This document shows, piece after piece, positions 60,644-64,000 of a DNA stretch of 64,000 nt. This stretch comes from Dehalococcoidia bacterium (GTDB lineage: Bacteria; Chloroflexota; Dehalococcoidia; UBA2979). The stretch covers positions 2,304,001-2,368,000 of the forward strand of contig OZ253555.1 in the NCBI GenBank assembly GCA_965262725.1, written 5' to 3'. The notes under the pieces are model-generated. The model was not told the origin of the DNA. It did not search any database and saw nothing but the letters and a program-made list of their open reading frames with translations. Within the stretch, counting starts at the first letter, position 1; every line of letters starts with the position of its first letter. Both the position numbers and the translations under genes were made by a program.

Positions 60644-60968
60644 GGTGAGCGTCCCCGAAGCGGAAACTGTCAAGGTCTCGGGCGACACGCTGACCGCCGA
60701 GCTTTCCGACGGGCGCACCATCTCCGTGCCACTCGACTGGTACCCGCGGCTGACCCACGCCACGCCGGAGGAGCGCGACAACTGGCGGCTCATCGGGGGA
60801 GGCGAGGGCATCCACTGGCCCGACCTGGACGAGGACATCAGCGTCGAGGGCCTGATTGCTGGTCGTCCGTCCGCCGAGAGCCAGAAGTCCTTCCAGCGCT
60901 GGCTGGAGGCCAAGCGCGCCGGCCGACCGCTGACGCTGGATGCCTTGCTTCGTCACGACCGTGAGTGA
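60624..60968 (+). CDS. DUF2442 (DhiA-like) putative antitoxin
   Basis: LSDGRTISVPLDWYPRLTHATPEER, GIHWPDLDEDISVEGL. Confidence 0.9.
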   Translation: MSVSMLEVSVPEAETVKVSGDTLTAELSDGRTISVPLDWYPRLTHATPEERDNWRLIGGGEGIHWPDLDEDISVEGLIAGRPSAESQKSFQRWLEAKRAGRPLTLDALLRHDRE

Positions 60969-60988
60969 CTGGCGAGAAGAGAGGGGCG

Positions 60989-61330
60989 ATGAAGTTGACG
61001 TATGCCGTCGTCATGGAGCAGACGCCCAACAACTACGGCGCCTACGCGCCAGACGTACCGGGCTGCATCAGCACGGCCGACACCTGGGATGAGATGCTGG
61101 CGATGATCCGCGGAGCGCTCACCTTCCACATCGAACTCCTGATCGAGGACCGCGATCCGGTGCCGTCGCCGACGGTGTCCATCGACGACGCCATCGCGCA
61201 CCACAGCCGGGCGCTCTCCGAGGCCGACGAGGAGTTGCTGGCCGAATGCGGTGACGCCCCTCCGACGATCTCGACCCGCTTCGAACTGGTCGAGATCGAG
61301 GTTCCGGCGCTGCAACCCGAGGCCGTGTAG
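60989..61330 (+). CDS. HicB-family antitoxin (no adjacent hicA)
   Basis: YAVVMEQTPNNYGAYAPDVPGCISTADT...ALTFHIE...DRDPVPSP. Confidence 0.85.
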   Translation: MKLTYAVVMEQTPNNYGAYAPDVPGCISTADTWDEMLAMIRGALTFHIELLIEDRDPVPSPTVSIDDAIAHHSRALSEADEELLAECGDAPPTISTRFELVEIEVPALQPEAV

Positions 61331-61353
61331 GTCTCGCCCGCTTCGCCGACGAC

Positions 61354-61600
61354 ATGGCTCAGCAGCCCGATCCCGCAGACGCCCCGCCTGCCCTACCGGC
61401 CCTCAAGATCGTCGAGCCCGAGGTCGACGCCGAGGACCCGTGGGGCGACGATGTGCTCAAGCGCAGGGAGATCGCCGATCGCCTGACGAGCATCGTCCGA
61501 AGGCAGGAGGCACCGTTCGTCATCAGCCTCGACGGTCGCTGGGGGACGGGGAAGACGTTCCTGCTCAAGCGCTGGCGGCAGGATCTCGAGAACCAGGGCT
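61354..61600 (+). pseudogene. KAP-family P-loop NTPase, N-terminal fragment
   Basis: DDVLKRREIA...VISLDGRWGTGKTFLL; homology stops right after Walker A. Confidence 0.8.
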
Positions 61601-62231
61601 TGGGAATGACAATCCGTTCTGGCCCCACCGTGATGATCCAGTTGGCCCCACCCGGTCGGCGTGATCAGTTTCCGCTGGCGCCTCCCTCCGCGAACCTGGT
61701 GAGACGCAGGCGATAGGATTCCTGCCGCGCGAGAGCACGACTCCGTGCGTGATCACTCCCCCCTCATCACGTCGGCCGGAAACGTGCCGTTGCCCCATGG
61801 GGCGGGTCGGGCGGGCAGCTCCGGGTTGTCGAGCGGCGATGTCTCCGGCTCCGGCACGGACATGATGTGCTCGTCCGCGGGCTAGACCGCCGCCGCCTCC
61901 AGCGGGACGACCCGGAGCGTGCCGAGCTCGGAGACGACGACGTGCCGCAGCTGCTGCCGGAGCGTCGCCACGGAGCGACGCATTCGATCACTGGTCCCGC
62001 ACTCGCCGAGGACGTCTCGGGGCCGCCCTTGGCGTCCCCGAATCATTGACCACGCGGACCGATTCCCCGTCGCGCCGGCGCGAGCCAGCCTGACCTCCGG
62101 TCTCGTGCTCTGCCCGGCCGTCGCCGGGGCATCGCATCCCCATGCAGTTCGTCGCTCAGGGGAGTGCGCCAGCGCTTCCCGGCTCCATCATCTCCCGCGC
62201 CTCACGGAATGCCGCGCAATGCGGAATCCAC

Positions 62232-63416
62232 TCACTCGCCGGCCTCGATCCCCACGATCAGGTCGAGCAGGCCGGCAGCCTCCCAGCTGCGATTCCGCGC
62301 CGAGCGGCTGAGCGGGATGAGGACACCGCACGACTCCAGCTGGCTGATCGCATGAGCGACCGCCGGGCGTGTCCGCCCGGTAGCCGCCTGAGCCACGCTG
62401 GTCGTGATCACGGGGTGCGCAGGCAAGGCGTCGACGATCGGCCACGCGGCGGCATCCGAACGCGGGCGGACGTCCCGGGCCAGCTGCTCGCGCCACATCT
62501 CCTGCAGCCCGGCGACGCGTTCGGCGTACCGCGCAGCGAGCAGCGCCGCGGCTGCGGTTGCCTCGGCGAAGATCGCCACCCACCCGGCGGACCGATCTGC
62601 CCGAAACTGCGCCAGTCCCTCGATGTAGCGTTCACGATGGCGGGCAAGCACGACGCTGATCGGTGGTACGTAGGACGGCGCCAGTTGACGCCGCCGGAGG
62701 ATCACCTGGACGAGGGCGCGCCCTGTGCGTCCGTTGCCATCCTCAAATGGATGGATCGTCTCGAACTGCGCGTGCGCGATCGCCGCCTGGACGAGCGGCG
62801 ACAGGGTGTCGTCATTGCAGAAGGTGGAGAGATCCGCAAGCAGCGGCCCGACCTCTTCCGGCGGCGGTGGGACGAAGTCAGCCCCACACGGGTTGTAGCT
62901 GTTGCCGCCGATCCAGTTCTGGACAGTCCGGACGCGGCCGACGGTGCCTGCGCGGGCGTCGGGAGCCATCAGCACGCGATGGATCGACGCAAGCCCGGCG
63001 GTATCGATCGCCTGCTCTCCGGCGGCATGCTCGACGGCGAGCTCCATCGCGTCGATGTTCGCAAGAATGCCCATGGCGTCCGGGCCGACCCGCTGCCCGG
63101 CATCCTGCTTTACCTCGGCTCGGGCGAGGTCCCGGGCGTCGACCTGCATCCCCTCGATCCTCGACGAGCCGATCGCCTCGGTCCGCAGCAGGAGCCGGGC
63201 GAGCGGCGCCAGCCGGGCGGCGGAACCCCGGTTCAGGTCCGAGATCGCTTTCTCCGCCTCGGAGACGAGCCCGACGACGTCGCCGGGGAGGCTGAGCTTG
63301 AGAGTCGCCAGCATGTCCGGGACAAAGGCATCGTACGAGCACGCCCGCCGATAGCTCGCCGGGGCGTACAGCGTGGGGTCATGCTTCCATGTTCGTCGAA
63401 GCAGGCGGCTGCGCAC
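62232..63416 (-). CDS. Fic family protein with C-terminal HTH
   Basis: EAIGSSRIEG, RTVQNWIGG, HAQFETIHPFEDGNGRTGR. Confidence 0.93.
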   Translation of the reverse strand: MRSRLLRRTWKHDPTLYAPASYRRACSYDAFVPDMLATLKLSLPGDVVGLVSEAEKAISDLNRGSAARLAPLARLLLRTEAIGSSRIEGMQVDARDLARAEVKQDAGQRVGPDAMGILANIDAMELAVEHAAGEQAIDTAGLASIHRVLMAPDARAGTVGRVRTVQNWIGGNSYNPCGADFVPPPPEEVGPLLADLSTFCNDDTLSPLVQAAIAHAQFETIHPFEDGNGRTGRALVQVILRRRQLAPSYVPPISVVLARHRERYIEGLAQFRADRSAGWVAIFAEATAAAALLAARYAERVAGLQEMWREQLARDVRPRSDAAAWPIVDALPAHPVITTSVAQAATGRTRPAVAHAISQLESCGVLIPLSRSARNRSWEAAGLLDLIVGIEAGE

Positions 63417-63822
63417 CGGGCATCCTTTCGCGTTCGGACGCGATAGGAAAGGCTAGCATACTAAACTTTCTCATGGGCAAGCGAAGGGCAAGGTTATCGC
63501 GCTGCTGCTTCTCGTTGAGCGCAGCGACGCCGGCCCTGCGTCCCGCCAGTCGGCCTGGCAACTCCACCCCGCACCCGATCTCCGTCACCTGCCAGTCGAT
63601 CCGCTCGGCGACCACGCTGCGACACCGTTCGTTCCGCAGGCCACGCCGTGACGCTCGCGGTAGCGTGGCCCGTGCCGACGGCGCGGCGCCCGGGCGTCGA
63701 GCGGATCCTCCTTGATCGGGGGAGCGGGTGGGCACGGACTCGTTCGAACGTTACGGCGCCGCGAGCTGTCGCGACCGGTCGCGGTCAGCATGCACGGCCG
63801 CTCGCGTGTGAGCTATCACACG

Positions 63823-64000
63823 AAACGCCGATCGCCAGCAGGATCAGCGGCAGCACGACCCGCGAGTCGCGATCGCTCGCCTCCTGCGTGTCGGCCCCCG
63901 CGGCGGTGTCGCCGCCGACCAGCACGCCGGCCGGCTCGAGGCCTGCCGAGGCCGCGCTCGCACGGGCAAGCCCGCGCGGCTCGGGGCACGACATCGAGCC
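63823..64000 (-). pseudogene. MMPL/RND-family membrane protein fragment (truncated at 3'; 5' part outside the window)
   Basis: VLVGGDTAAGADTQEASDRDSRVVLPLILLAI matches the MMPL pre-TM segment; homology breaks about 12 codons before the stop. Confidence 0.55.

Overview
High-GC bacterial DNA, most consistent with a Chloroflexota (Dehalococcoidia-like) genome. This is an inference from gene order (yceD-rpmF-fabD-fabG-nusB-acpP), paired LLM oxidoreductases and Ig/FN3/cadherin-rich surface proteins typical of host-associated lineages. Bases 1 to ~38.95 kb are core chromosome: aminotransferase-murE, rnpB, modABC, fab/tat cluster, UDG, RNase J, ftsK, uvrB-ruvA-ruvC-yebC, panBC with a pan RNA leader, mutM-polA, ltaE, ccdA, AKR, LLM enzymes and an M20 peptidase. 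A displaced 3' half of tRNA-Glu(CTC) at 38953-38999 marks an att end of an integrated island that appears to run to the end of the window. The island carries sodC, two giant secreted proteins with different N-terminal passengers but the same poly-Gly-linked ~540-aa C-terminal module, a NarL-type two-component system, and a decaying patchwork of defence/TA genes. Main leads: (1) the passenger/poly-Gly/shared-anchor surface protein pair, each gene preceded by a copy of the same ~200-bp low-GC noncoding element (~70% identical by hand count); (2) a circularly permuted CcdA; (3) a complete ~160-nt transcription unit with a perfect 12-nt Shine-Dalgarno and a 23-codon ORF; (4) a rod-like candidate ncRNA between ftsK and uvrB. 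All calls were made by eye from motifs; no searches were run.
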